In this document: piece by piece, positions 35,050-49,500 of the stretch
Layout of the letters: the number at the start of each line of letters is the position of its first letter
How positions within the stretch are numbered: position 1 is the stretch's first letter
DNA from: Macrostomum lignano
Lineage: Eukaryota
Reading direction: 5' to 3'
Assembly (NCBI GenBank): GCA_002269645.1
Contig: NIVC01001218.1
Location: 1-55,941 of the forward strand
DNA: 55,941 nucleotides
The notes under the pieces: generated by a model
Databases searched by the model: none
Told to the model about the DNA's origin: nothing
What the model saw: the letters and a program-made list of their open reading frames with translations, nothing else
Translations under genes and position numbers: made by a program

Positions 35050-35523
35050 ACCATCTAGCCGTGTTGTCGGCTTTGATGTTCTGCCTAGTCGCCATTGGCT
35101 GTGCCATCAATCGCCGCCAGTGCAAGGCCCAATGGCGACCAATCCCGGAGTTCGCCTCCTCCCGTGCTGCCATGGCCGCCCATTTTATTGAAATGACGGC
35201 CCCGGGCCAATGGCAAGCCGTCGGGCCGTTTTCGGGCTCACCCGGTCGAGCCACTCCAGTTGGCGTTGGCAAATTATTCTGCGCCCGGGGCCTTTCATCG
35301 GCCTCCTCCTCCCCACTCCTTTCTCACACCCCTCCCTTCCCCTCAAATGGCATGGCAGACCGCCAGTCTTTAACACCTGTCCATTTAAATGCTTGCTCCG
35401 GTGCGAGTCGGACCTCACCTGTCAGGTTGGCAGTTTCTGACGCTTCTGTTGTTACTACAACTATAACTAAAACTACTGCTGTATCAAACTATCTTACTTG
35501 GCCTTCTCACGACTATTGTTTTG
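35050..35523 (+). promoter_or_regulatory. Candidate promoter / non-coding first exon of the prep gene
   Basis: GC- and CpG-rich patch with CCAAT-like motifs and a TGACAG site (CTGTCA near 35419). A strong donor TTG|GTAAGT lies at 35524, about 2 kb upstream of the first coding exon. No transcript evidence. Confidence 0.3.
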
Positions 35524-35579
35524 GTAAGTGAGCGCCCGACAATTCTTGTCCGTGTTTCTCCAAACTGGATCTTTTCGTA

Positions 35580-35613
<34 letters not shown>

Positions 35614-37500
35614 ATGTCGTTTCAGCCGATGATTCGATTCGATTCCAAGCTGCGAAAACTACACAGATTCTTAATCTATACGTTAAGACCGTATTTAAAA
35701 AAGCAGTCTTGCACCATGCACTGACGGTGTCTATATAGTAAAAAGTCAATTTGTGTACATTAGAATAGATTGAATAATCTATTTCGCGCCGTCTGAGAAT
35801 TCCGGACTGGAACCACCAGTTTCCGTTCTTAATTTTTTGCCTTTCAACTCCAGTCCTTTGCTTTTCATTTTTCTTCCGTCTCTCCTTAGTGGCGTCTGCG
35901 CTGTGAAAGTCTCCGCCTACCATTGTTAAGCATTTGAGCTGCATCCTCTCTGGACATTCCAGCGCAGGTGTGGCTTTGTGCGTGTAAGGCTGCCAAGGCT
36001 TCAAAGAATGCTTTTGGTGACGCCCGGGTTGCTCAAATCTACCGGTACTGTGAGGGGGGGGAAGCCGTGTTTTGTCCAGTCAAATCGGAAATGGCGACAC
36101 GGCCGTGGCTGCCCCATCCGACTTGATTCACAAGTCAATGGCTTGCTGCTACAATATTGAATAGCCTGCGCTGTGATGGGTTGCTGTGCGCTCTTTTGTG
36201 CTCACTTTGCGAGTGAACAAAAAAATTGATCGAAAATCACTTTTAAGCTTCGCTGGTCATTCAGTTTCTGTGTGTCAAGTGGCGCTCATTTACTAATCAA
36301 TGGTATTTCAGCTTTCATAAATGGCGATTAAGACTTATTGCTGCAGGTCAGTGTAGGAAGAAGAAAGAGCTTGAGTGGAGTTCGGCCTTTCCGGTCTCGT
36401 TTCCCCGCGCCTCTCCCCGGCTTTTTGGCATTCCTCTTTCAAATCTTTCAATAGATTATAAAATTGACGGCCCTCTACTATAGAAACGATTTCAAAGCTT
36501 GCTAAATTTTCGCGATGAATTTTGATTGATTAGTTGATAGGTTTTTTTTAAAAAAATGTTGTATTCGTATATCCAGCCACTGCCACATTTTTTATTTCTG
36601 ACACAATTTCACTTACGAAACGAAACCTACTGTTTCTCATTTTGTCTGTGGTAAAATGTCATTTAAAATTACGCAAAACTGCTCATCTTTGCGCATCAAC
36701 CTGCAACTATAGAAAGCTTAATTGTTAGCTGCACTGTCAGATTCAAGAAGTGCAGAATAGCGTCCAAATTATACTCCTAGTTGTTGCAGGCAATGAATCT
36801 TATAGTAATTCATCAAAACCGCATATAATTCGCAATGACTGTTGCAGCCTAACTAATCGGCGTCATTCTGTAGGCTGCTGTCTGGGCTTTGAATGCCTGG
36901 CCGGATCTGTTTTAATTCCGAGAGATTTGCCGACTGTATCCATTTTGCAGTACTGTTGGAGAGCAAAGTTTCTTTTGTTTGTAACTGCGAGCTTCAATTT
37001 TTTTAACAGGCGCTTTTCGCCTTCTTTCCTGCACTTCTGGCGGCCTTTTTCATATGCTCGAGTTTAATAAGTTTTCTATTGTTTTTGCTTCGGCTTTTTA
37101 CCAAGCCCGCCCCCTTCTTGTCTATCTACACTTTGATGTGATGTACTTAACGATTGAAATCAATTTATATATTTATATTTTTTGCACTTTTTGATCGGAA
37201 CAATCTCGCCCTTTGCCTTATATATGTAGATCACAGCCTGCCGCCTGAGCCACTCAGCACAACGCCTAAGTTGCCTTATATACATCTGTATAAATTTATA
37301 TATATATTTATTTATTGGACTCAGTTTTTACAATATTTTATATAGTTGGCTAATTTTTTACCACAAAAGTTTTTCTATATAAACTCACAAATGTTGCCTT
37401 AAGCCCTAATCTCCTGATTCTTTTACTCGCTCTTTGATCTGTTGCAAACCTTGTTTGATTTTGTTAAATAGTTTTTTGTGTATGACATAACACCACGGTG

Positions 37501-40500
37501 ATGTCAGCAACTTCTGCGCCAAATTCTGAGCTCGGCACTGGTGATGGCGAAAGCAGACAAAGCAGAAGCTTCAGCAGCAGCAGCAGCAGCAATGAAGAAG
37601 AGGAAGCTGAAGACAGCAGCGCCATATTGCCCGTTGCCGCTTCATCATCACCATTATCATCATCATCATCATCATTCGCAGGTTTGCCCCATCATCGCCG
37701 GGATGCTGGCACTGTACAACAGCGCTGCCGGGCACAACTAGACAACAACAATATTAGTAATTCTACTCAGGTTAATCTGGTGTCCTCGACTACTAATAGC
37801 CTAATGCAGGATTTGCACAAGTGAGTGGCTCATTGTTTCAACCTGTGTTTTTTTAGTTTTGTGCAATGGTAGATTGTGCTGAAGTTGAAAGGAGAGTCTT
37901 TAGCGGAAGTATTTTTTTCTGAATTTTCAGGTCTTATCTTACATGTATATGATTATGTAATGCCGATGTCATAGTAAAACTGTCACGGGTCAAGACCTTA
38001 AAATCTGTAGATATAACTAACTAACTTCAGTTGTATATAAAATCAGTATTTAACTATCTAGCTTAACTTTGCACAAAAAGTGCTACAGTGTATATGCTTG
38101 ATGGATAGCTTCAGGTGAACAGCTTGAATTCTTCTGGTCACACTTTGCTAGTCCGTTACTCTATGTAATATAAGTAAAACCAGCTGGCTAGATAGGAACA
38201 GCTGTTATTACATGGCGAACTTTAGCGACAATACTGTGTTAATAAGTTACCTGCATACTGTACTGATATGATGACTTTTCCCTCTGTATGCCTCCGGTTT
38301 AACAGTTCTCAGTTCCCTTGCGTGTAGCGATTATTTAAATTAAAAATCATCTCGTTTTTACAGACAGACTGAATCTACTGTAGGATTTATAAGAAGCATA
38401 GACAACTTTCAAAAGAAAAATTAAGTTGTAAAAAATCTCGGCTTGTTACTGTGCGATTTGATTTTACAATCTCTTTAGATTTTTTTGGCATCAGAAGAGA
38501 AGGGGAGAAGGCAAATGAAAAAAAGAGAGAGAAAATCTTCTCTTTCTCTGTCGCGGACCAGCCTCTTGATTTCTCCCCAATTTTTCTCTATCTTTTTTCC
38601 CATTTTCCGTTTCTCCAGGTGTGTGGAAAAAGAGGCATGGCCTTCATTGCGATGCAAGAGTGCAGATTGCGGAGAATTAGTCTTTAAAGGCTTAAAAACT
38701 CCTTGCTTTTTCTGGAAAAGATTTCCGTATCGTCCTGCTTCTTTTTCTTCTGCTGCTTGAACTCCGCCTCCCCCCTTCGCGCCTTCTTCTCTCCTTGGGG
38801 ATTTCAGCGCAACTGTCCCCTTATCCCCTGGGCCCGCTTCTATCCTCCCCCAAGTGGCAGCTGACTGCGTGTCAGTTGTCGTCTAGCCAAGCTGCCCAAG
38901 CGGTCCTAACTTATACGAAGCAGTTCAACCTTAATCAGGCCCTGTTATCAAGTCATAATGGAGTGCTAGAAGCATAGAAATAATTTAAAATCAATTAGGA
39001 CTGCTTTCGCCTTTTTCCTCTCTCTCTCTCTGAGGAAGACTGGAGCTGCACATGTGGACAGGAAGCCTCGTGCAGGACCCCCGGTGCGCCACCGCCAGCG
39101 AAGTTCTCCCCCCTATCCAGGGAAAACCCCAGTTGTGTTCATCTTCCGCTTTGCTAAAACCGTCGCTAACTTTGCCTGTTGATTGTCGATATGCTGACTC
39201 TATGACTTCTGTCTCCGCTGCCTGCTCTGGTCTCTCCTCTCTTCTCTACCTTTTTTAAAGAACTGTTTTCCAAAGTGTCTTCTCAACGAAACAAGAATTT
39301 TACAGAGCAGCTCCTTGGTGAAAGTGAAGTGGTCCTGTCCGATGCCATGTCTCTAGCTTATTACCCTATCTGGCGGAGAGACCAGTGCTTTAGAAATAGA
39401 CCTCTGTCATTTGCTCGAGTGGCTGAGTCAGTGTATAACAGAAAACGACAAAAAAGTGCAACAAGTCTGGCCCTGGCTTCCACTTGCGCAAGAGTTGTCT
39501 GCCACTATTCTCGATTGATGACTGCTAGCTAGCAGAAGTCACTTCTTAGAGAGAGCTGCCTTGGGGTTTATTGCGGTGCATACCATTTTTCTAGTAGTTG
39601 AAACAACAGTGAAGTATAAAACATATTGAAGTCTAGCTCATATTTTAATGAATAGATAGACACCATTATCCAGGGATACTTAGCATATACTACTGAGCAC
39701 TGACTGACCAGGGAATCCTAAAGACCTGGAAGTGACACTGTCCAATGGGGGCGGTCCAACTCAGGCCGATCCTACCTAACCAAACAAGGCAGCCCATGCC
39801 ATTTTCTATAGGGTTTTCAGTATCAACTCGATGATACAGCGCTGAAAAGTCATATCCCCTGAATTTTTTAAAGTCCTTATTGTAACGAAATAAACGAAAG
39901 TTTCATGAGGCCTTTTATAAGAAACAATTATGCATAAAACTGGTAAACCATAGGCTATATAAACATAAAAAGGGTTTTAATCAAACTTACCAGGGTTGAA
40001 GGATCATCGGACATCAGAAAGGCAGTAATTATGCATCAGGATAAACTGGGAGCTTACTCGTAAATAAAATAATTAGCAGTAACTCGGAATCGTCAAAACA
40101 ATGAAGCTTATAAAAATATACTATTACGAGTACTAAGGATTCAATTTGGCCAGTTTGCGAGAGCAGTCCTCAGTTCTCTTCTGTTCTCCCGATTTCCGTT
40201 TGCCTACAACGGATGGGCGGTTAGCTTCAGAAGAAAGGTTTTTCAGAAAACAGTTTAGGAGTCGGAAAGAAAACTGCCGAATGACTTGTCTAAGTGAATG
40301 ATTTGAGCAGCGGAAGCGACGAGCCGAAAATTTTGCACAGTTTTGAGTTTTTACTATCACGACTGATGCGAATGTTTGATGCGGTTTAAAGCTAAGAAGC
40401 TTCTGCAGCAGCTGCTTGGAGCCCTTGATGAGCTCAAACGAATTGAACGCTGTCATGCAGAGAACGAAAGCAGAATCCGATGGACAGCACAGTCCTCCCC

Positions 40501-43500
40501 GTGATGACTGTCGAACTAGGAAATCACGATTAGGAGCATCGTCGAGAGTCACTTCCATTGGAGGGACCTTGTCTTCGCTCACCAAAAATTCTCTACAATC
40601 AGCACATCCCTTGCTGATGGACTTTGAAAGGTAACCTGCTATGTAGAACATCACGTTCAAACAGCCCATCTCGTTACTGCGCAAGGTCATGCATGGCTCA
40701 TCTGACACATCAGCGAAGATTTCTGCTGCTCTTAGACTAACGTCAGTGTCTTCCTGCTCAACATCCTTCATGAAAGACTTCTTTAAGCGTAGCAAGTCTA
40801 TTTCCGAGTGCTTAAGCAATGAAGTCATTCTAAGTTTATTCTCGGACTGAACGACCTGCTTTGCACTGATAAAATACAATCCGCCGGACATCTGCCTGTA
40901 CTTTCCGAACTGCCTTTCAAGAGGATCGGACAACAACTTTCCCAGCAGAATGTAGTCAAAGTGGCCAGTAGAAAAAAGTTTCGCACACAATAGTGGAATG
41001 GCTGAGCATGTTTGAATGAGGCTGCCAAATGTCTCGTTTGTCAGACCATCTGCGCCTGTTGATACCGCTCGCCACTTCTTTAGGAAGCCAACAAAGTCAG
41101 CAAGGTACTGGAGCTGCCAGTCTTGCATATTAGTTAGCGGCTCACTTTCCGGTCTTCTTAATTGTTGACCGGCGAATGGCGTTCGAACATTCAATATTGC
41201 CCACAGCTTCCTGATCATGGACAAGAAATTGGCTGTGCTATTGAACGTTGAAGTGTCTACCTCCGTGCTCTTTGTGCTTGAATACAGTCTGAGTGCAGAA
41301 ACTGTTGTGTCATCGAACACAGCTGCAGCCAGTGAAGCACTAGTTCTCTCGACATTAAGAGGACGTAAAACCTTCTCCGACAGACGGAAGGCAATCTTTG
41401 ACGACTGACCTCTTTCAATTTCAAAAATAGCCTCAACATCACTGAACCTTGCCACAAAGTTGCTGCAATTGTCGAACGCTGGACAGTGAAATACACCTCG
41501 TCTCTGAAAGTTGTTATACACATTTTTAATGTTGTGAGTAGTGTCCATCAGCAAGAAGATTTCTTTCTGATCGTCACATGGATGTCGCATAGACAGCCCA
41601 TGTTCAGGTACAGCTGACATTGAGTAAAACTTTCGGTTGACAGAGGAGTTGTCACAGGACAATGCAACAATTTCAAATCCACTCTTTGTGACAGCCGCAA
41701 TCACTTCCTTGGCCATGTTGCATAAGTCCAGAGCGGTCAAGCAGTTAACAGGAAATAGACCGACAACATCCTGATAGGATGCGCCGACGGACTTGATTAG
41801 AAAGGCAAGAATTGAGGAGGTCATTTTACCGTCACTCGCAAGGCCGTAAGCAGAGTCGCAATTGAACTCGATTCTTTTAGCTGTTGCGACCTCATCAATA
41901 ATGAGCACAACGTGCTTCTCTCTGCTAGACAGTGACTCTGTCCTCAACTGCAGGTACATTTCCTCAACCACTCCAGGCTCCTTCGAAAGAACAGCATTTA
42001 GCCTGACAAGGCTTCTTACAGATGGTAGGCAGAGGGCACCATTTTCTAGGATTGCCTTATAGGCGGCACGACTTGTCGAAAAGATCAAGTACGCAAACAC
42101 AGTTGTTGATGGTGAATATCGTCGAGCAGATACTTTTTGATGAATCAGTGAGAACTGTTCAGCTAAGAAATTGACATTGCTGCTCAGTTCAGAATCATCA
42201 CTCAAAGATTCGAGGTAGACTTTTAAAACGCCTTCAACAAATGCAGACGACACATTTGAATTGCGAGAGTCAACAGCAACAGTAGCCGAAGACTTAATCA
42301 AGGCTAACATGTTTTCTAAAGTCGAAAGCTGACGCACATGTAGCGAGTCATCTTTGAGCAGGTGTTTAAACATGCTATCAGAGCAAGAAAGGCCAGAGAT
42401 GAAGACTTGGAAGGTAAGGTCCTGCAGTACTGTCATAGAGGCAAGCAGACAAGGAGCTGAAATCGAGTCAGATCTTGTTATCAAGTAAAACGAGACTGAA
42501 TCTGCTTCCTTACTTCTGACGAATCCAGAGGGAATCGTCGCTTGTTCCAGCTTTTGAATCAAATCGCTGAAATCGCACAACTCGTCGGAGCCAAAAAAGT
42601 CGCTGATTTCCTCATCTAAGCGGACTTGGTCTCCCATGAAGCGCGCAGCGGAAGTGGCATTTTGACTTCTTACCTGCGTAATTGGCTTGCTCAGGTATTT
42701 CGGCAAGCCTTCAAATTGAGATGGAACTGCATCGTCTTTGAGTCGAATCAGATGCAGCTTTGAATCAGATGCAGAAAAGCGTCGTTTCTTCCGGCGTTGA
42801 TTCGCATCCGATGAACTCTTCACGAAATCTGATTCAGTGAAATGCTTCGAGCAGACGCGTTGAAATTCGGAAGCATTTAAATCAGCATTTGGAATGGCGC
42901 GAAGCCAGCGCTGTCGCAAGTTGGTGTCTTTAGGAAAAGCATAATAGCTCACATTTTCTGTCTTCTGCGACGCGTAGCCAGATTTGCAGCCAAATACACA
43001 GCACTTGTAACCCATTATGATGCTTGCAAATGAGAGGATATTCAGTTTGATTATGAACACACGAAAGCTTACTTAAATGCAGCTCGATAGGGGCATAAGA
43101 GTTATGTGTGCATTCAACAGTGCGTCATCATGTTTAGAATTCGTACACTCATGTACAATGCGCTCCTTTCATATTGAATCAGTCTTTATTTGGACAGTGA
43201 TTTTCTCTGCACTCTCTATCCTCTCAGTCCACTCAACCCCTTCTCTATCCTTCGTTCCTCCCTTTTTCGAGTCGCTTTACTAGCCCCTGCAAGAAAATGT
43301 TTTTCCTCTTTGTCCTCTCTCCCAAAAAAGTTATCGGCCTGGGTTGGACCGGCCTGGAGGGCCTGAATATTGCAGTGTCACTTCCAGGTCTTTAGGATTC
43401 CCTGGACTGACTGACTAAACTTTCTTGTTCCAAAATGGTGAGAACGCAGACGCAACACTCTAGATAGCTAATGGACAATTCGGACTCCGCCTATGCGCGC

Positions 43501-46500
43501 AGTTAAGAATAATAAAAGAAAGGGGGGAGAGAGAGAGCGGGAGATAAGACTCTGCTGCCAGTTCTCAGCACACGCTGACCACCACCTGCGCTGGCCACAT
43601 GCACGCAGTTTTGCTACTTGATTGACAGCCCCGCCCCGATCTGGTTCGCAAAGCTATAGCTGCTGCTCCCTCTCTCTCTGCGACCCTTATGTGGTTTGGG
43701 AAAAGCGGGTTTTATAAGAGGAGTGTGGAAGTTTTGTTGGACTTGTGTCGAGAGCCGCTTCGGGGCGGCCTGGCTGAGACGTCTTATGCGGGGAATGGGG
43801 GTTGGAGGGACTTCTTCCTCAGATTCACGGTCGTCTTGCGAGCATGCTAATTTACTAGCGAGAGTTGCGCTGATCGTTAGGACTTTACTAGTATATTTTG
43901 ATTGATAATTTTGTTTTTGCGCCAAAATCTCCAGGCTGAGTAACCACACCCTCCCAGATCTTCAGGCTTGAGCAGTCACCCTCCCAGATCCTCAGGTTTG
44001 AGCAATCACTCTCTCAGATCCTCAGGTTTGAGCAATCACTCTCTCAGATCCTCAGGTTTGAGCAGTCACTCTCTCAGATCCTCAGGTTTGAGCAGTCACT
44101 CTCTCAGATCTTCAGGCTTGAGCAGGTACCCTCCCGGATCTTCAGGCTTGAGCAGTCACCCTCCCAGATCTCTCAGGTCATCCTCATATTAGACTTCCAC
44201 AATCCAAGATCCTCATGTTCGACTTCCACAATCCAAGATCCTCATGTTGGACTTCCACAATCCAAGATCCTCATGTTGGACTTCCACAATCCAAGATCCT
44301 CAGACCTGGTCGTCATTCTTTAAGCTTCTTTAAGCTGTTTGAAATGCCTTATACCGGTAAGTAATATCTTCTATTCAGAATAGGTAATATTAGTTCTATC
44401 TCATATTTGTCATGTTCAGTTTCAAAGTTATATTTCAAAGAGTTACATGCAGGGTAGAGTGTGCAGCCCGGTCAAATGGTCAGTCAGCATTCTGGGGATG
44501 GAGGGATTAGCATCTATCCTCATTTTCTTCGCCCATCTATACCAATTCCGAGCTTCGCCCTCAGGTTAAACCCTGGCGCAATCGCTTGCCTCTCTTTTTA
44601 GTGTCGAAATTCTTCTGGTCTGGCCGTGTCTTCCCTTCTTAATTCCAGTTTTTTTGCTTTCTCCCCCCCCTCCCTCCCCTCTAAGGCTCCCCTCTCGCTG
44701 CCTCGCCCCCGCGGAGCTACACCTGTTGCGGCCCGACAGGCCATGCAGAAGAGAAAGAGAAGAATATATGAAGAGAATGCGAAAGAGAGAGATAGAGAGA
44801 GAGCTTATACCGCTGCTGCTGCTCTGGTGAATCATGCAACCCCCGACTGTTCAAATTGCTGCCGCCGCCACTGCTGCGGCAATAAGCTCCTTTGTCAGGC
44901 CCGCTGTGCTCTCTCTCTCTCTCTCTTTTTCATTTCTCTCTTCACCGATCCGTTGCCTATCCGCTAACCCAGTCTAATACTAATACTAAGCTAAATAATA
45001 TATTCATTTAGGACAATAAAGGTATCGAGTCCTATTTAATTCTTATTGTCCGCTAAGCGCATGCGTGTGTGGCTATTCTGATTCCCCAATAGTTAATCTG
45101 TCCAACTATACTAAAAAGCAACAGTTGGTGCTTTTACTGACCGTATGGTGCTTTTGCCTGAGCATTCCTTCCCAATTTAATCTTTGCGTGCTATTGCTGG
45201 CTTCTCTGTCTGTGTGTGCCACCGGCCTAATCATATTAGTATATATAGAAATGATTATTATGCCTTCCCCATGAGGCCTTCAATAGAGCTCAGTGGTTAG
45301 TTGGTAAAGTGTTGAGCCATTTTTTAATATTTGTGTCTGTTCAACCAATCGGGTTGCCATAGCGAATATTTGAACAGTATTCGGTTTCTTGTTGAGTCAA
45401 AGAGACTCTGCATGCGCTGCATAGAGAATCCCTTTTTCCGGATCGGGGGGGGGGGGCAAGGCTTGAAGGCGGAGATTGGCCAGCCCCGCCTTGTTCATAA
45501 TTGAGGCCCTTTTCGACCCCCCTACTCAGCTCCACCCCCACTTCGTTGCAAGCCGCTATAAGTTGGTGTCAATCACTGTTGATATGGGTGGCGAGCCAGC
45601 TGAGAACGGGTGGTGAGCAAGAGAAAGTTTCACTTCCCTTCTCTGAGGCTCGTCGAGCTGACCCCTCGCCCTCGCCCCCCCCCATAGCAGTAGCCTTCTA
45701 CACTCGCGCTGCAAGGCCAAAGGAGCTGCTCTTGCGCTAGCTGTTAAAGAGAGACACTCGATCTCCTTAATGCCGCCTTATTATAGCCGCGAGATCGGAG
45801 TGTGGGGGGGGGGGGCGGTTCCTGCCTCCTCGCCAACCGGCGGCGGCGAGTGTCCGATGATGGACACCTCTGAAGAGGCTTCTCCTTTATCCTCAACTCA
45901 CAAGGACCTCAGCACTCGATCTGGATTCTCGAATTCTTGCTCCCTTCTTTCCCGGTCAAGCGGGGAGTTAGATGCAAATTCAGCTACTAGAGCATTCAGT
46001 CAAGAGGATCTGTCACCGTTGGCGCTATACAGACCCGTTGATTAGGCCTATCTAGATGCTGCAATTGGAACTGACAGTCAGGTTGGAACAATTGGTAGTC
46101 TGCTGTTGGACTGGGATCCGGACCATGCAGTCTAAGACAGATTCCGCTCTATCTCTCTCTCCTGCTCCGACCTTTGCATTCAGTGACGTAACTGCCAATG
46201 TTTTATATTTATACAACTAATTCTATGTAGATTCGAAATAAATAACTGATCGTAAAACGAGTGTATTATTGATACTTGGCCAGTCGTTGCACACACTGCA
46301 CACACTGCACACACGCAAAACACACTTGTGCTGCATGCAAGTCTTCAGCGGGGGACATCATCAAGCCTAACACAAACCAATTCAGGCTAAGGGATCAATC
46401 GGGACTTAAGCTACAGACTCCGCTAAATCGCCCTTCATCCCTTCGGTTCCTCCGGGTTGGGATCATAACTTTCGAGGGATTTAGCTGTTGAAATCCCCAA

Positions 46501-49500
46501 CGATTCCAATACGGTTTCTTCCGCATTGCGTTGGTGCTTATCTTTGTCTAGAAATATTTCTTGCTGTCTGCTTTCTGCATACCGATGATGTTTTAGAGAC
46601 ATTTACTTTTTTGATTTTGTCTTCTATCGTGGCTGCCTGAATGTTAGAAGTATTTTTGGCAAGAATTTCTCTTTTTAAAAACTGATTGACGCTTCAATTT
46701 CTGCTGGGTTTCGAGGCGAGCATGGATTTTTGAGTATAGTATACAGATGTGTGACAATAGCAGGTGGCGCTGGATTCTGTGCCAGCATTTCTGTTTTACC
46801 TGTCAGACGAAGAAATTCAAATTTTGAAAGACAAGCCTAGCAAGCAAACTCTCGGCTTGTCAATCGCCTTCCATTTCGCCTTCCCACTTCAGCGCTTCTT
46901 TTTCTCTGTCCCAGCTCCCATTTTCCTTCCTGTTTTAAGAGGCTGCGGGATGAAAGGCCCGATTTGCTTTCAGGTTGATGGAGATTTCACTGTCTGCTTG
47001 GGAATATTCCGCTGCGGCAGAATATTTTGGTAGAGTGAGGAGCGAGAATAAGTGACGGCTAGGTTAATCGGTTGGACTCAGAGTTCTTGGGTTGTCTCAT
47101 GTTCTTGTCTAATATTGTCTCTCGTATTTGATGGGGTCGGCTTTATTTAAAAATCATTTCATCTTGAGTGGCAGAATTGAGACAGACGGGAAATCGCTTG
47201 CTTATTATTATTAGATGCCTAATAGATGGATGACAATATTAGTCAATAAAAGTCGCTGTACGATTCGAAATACAAGAGTTGCGTGATTGAGTTAAAGAAA
47301 GGATAAGTGACAATGGGGTGGCGATGTATCGCAGTGTTTCTATAGATATGAGAGTGACTTAGCGGCTAGAGAGATCGGAGAGTGACTTAGCGGCTAGAGA
47401 GATCGGAGAGTGACTTAGCGGCTAGAGAGATCGGAGAGTGACTTAGCGGTTAGAGAGATCGGAGAGTGACTTAGCGGTTAGAGAGATCGGAGAGTGACTT
47501 AGCGGTTAGAGAGATCGGAGAGTGACTTAGCGGTTAGAGAGGTCGGAGAGTGACTTAGCGGTTAGAGAGATCGGAGAGTGACTTAGCGGCTAGAGAGATC
47601 GGAGAGTGACTTAGCGGTTAAATACATGTAGATCGGAGAGTGACTTAGCGGCTAGAGAGATCGGAGAGTGAGTTAGCGGTTAAATAGATCGGAGAGTGAC
47701 TTAGCGGCTAGAGAGATCGGAGAGTGAGTTAGCGGTTAAATAGATCGGAGAGTGACTTAGCGGCTAGAGAGATCGGAGAGTGAGTTAGCGGTTAAATAGA
47801 TCGGAGAGTGACTTAGCGGCTAGAGAGATCGGAGAGTGAGTTAGCGGCTAAATAGATCGGAGAGTGACTTAGCGGCTAGAGAGAGATTGGAGAGTGACTT
47901 AGCGGCTAGAGAGAGATCGGAGAGTGACTTAGCGGCTAGAGAGAGATCGGAGAGTGACTTAGCGGCTAGAGAGATCGGAGAGTGACTTAGCGGCTAGAGA
48001 GATCGGAGAGTGACTTAGCGGGACTTAGCGGCTAGAGAGATCGGAGAGTGACTTAGCGGCTAGAGAGATCGGAGAGTGACTTAGCGGTTAGAGAGATCGG
48101 AGAGTGACTTAGCGGCTAGAGAGATCGGAGAGTGACTTAGCGGCTAGAGAGATCGGAGAGTGACTTAGCGGCTAGAGAGATCGGAGAGTGACTTAGCGGT
48201 TAGAGAGATCGGAGAGTGACTTAGCGGTTAGAGAGGTCGGAGAGTGACTTAGCGGTTAGAGAGATCGGAGAGTGACTTAGCGTTAGAGAGGTTGGAGAGT
48301 GAATTAGCGGCTAGAGAGATCGGAGAGTGACTTAGCGGCTAGAGAGAGATCGGAGAGTGACTTAGCGGCTAGAGAGATCGGAGAGTGACTTAGCGGCTAG
48401 AGAGATCGGAGAGTGACTTAGCGGCTAGAGAGATCGGAGAGTGACTTAGCGGTTAGAGAGATCGGAGAGTGACTTAGCGGTTAGAGAGGTCGGAGAGTGA
48501 CTTAGCGGTTAGAGAGATCGGAGAGTGACTTAGCGGTTAGAGAGGTTGGAGAGTGAATTAGCGGCTAGAGAGATCGGAGAGTGACTTAGCGGCTAGAGAG
48601 AGATCGGAGAGTGACTTAGCGGCTAGAGAGATCGGAGAGTGACTTAGCGGCTAGAGAGATCGGAGAGTGACTTAGCGGCTAGAGAGATCGGAGAGTGACT
48701 TAGCGGGACTTAGCGGCTAGAGAGATCGGAGAGTGACTTAGCGGTTAGAGAGATCGGAGAGTGACTTAGCGGTTAGAGAGATCGGAGAGTGACTTAGCGG
48801 TTAGAGAGGTCGGAGAGTGACTTAGCGGTTAGAGAGATCGGAGAGTGACTTAGCGGCTAGAGAGATCGGAGAGTGACTTAGCGGTTAGAGAGATCGGAGA
48901 GTGACTTAGCGGTTAGAGAGATCGGAGAGTGACTTAGCGGCTAGAGAGATCGGAGAGTGACTTAGCGGTTAGAGAGATCGGAGAGTGACTTAGCGGTTAG
49001 AGAGGTCGGAGAGTGACTTAGCGGTTAGAGAGATCGGAGAGTGACTTAGCGGTTAGAGAGATCGGAGAGTGACTTAGCGGTTAGAGAGGTCGGAGAGTGA
49101 CTTAGCGGTTAGAGAGATCGGAGAGTGACTTAGCGGTTAGAGAGGTTGGAGAGTGAATTAGCGGCTAGAGAGATCGGAGAGTGACTTAGCGGTTAGAGAG
49201 ATCGGAGAGTGACTTAGCGGCTAGAGAGATCGGAGAGTGACAAGCCTCTGTTCTCTGATTTGTGTCGAATTTAATTTATCGGTACATCTCGCCGCTCGCC
49301 CGTGCATTCTCAGCGCCCCAACTCTGACCTCCGTGGAGCTGGCCGCCGCCCATCCGCAGCAAGAAAGCGAGAAGAAGTGCATCTACGCGCACCCTCTGTT
49401 TCCCCTGCTGGCCAGCGTGCTGGAACGATGCGAGGCGTCGACGGCTCAGTTGGACACGCAGACATCTGGCAAGGAGTCGCTTGACGCCGATGTTCAGGCG

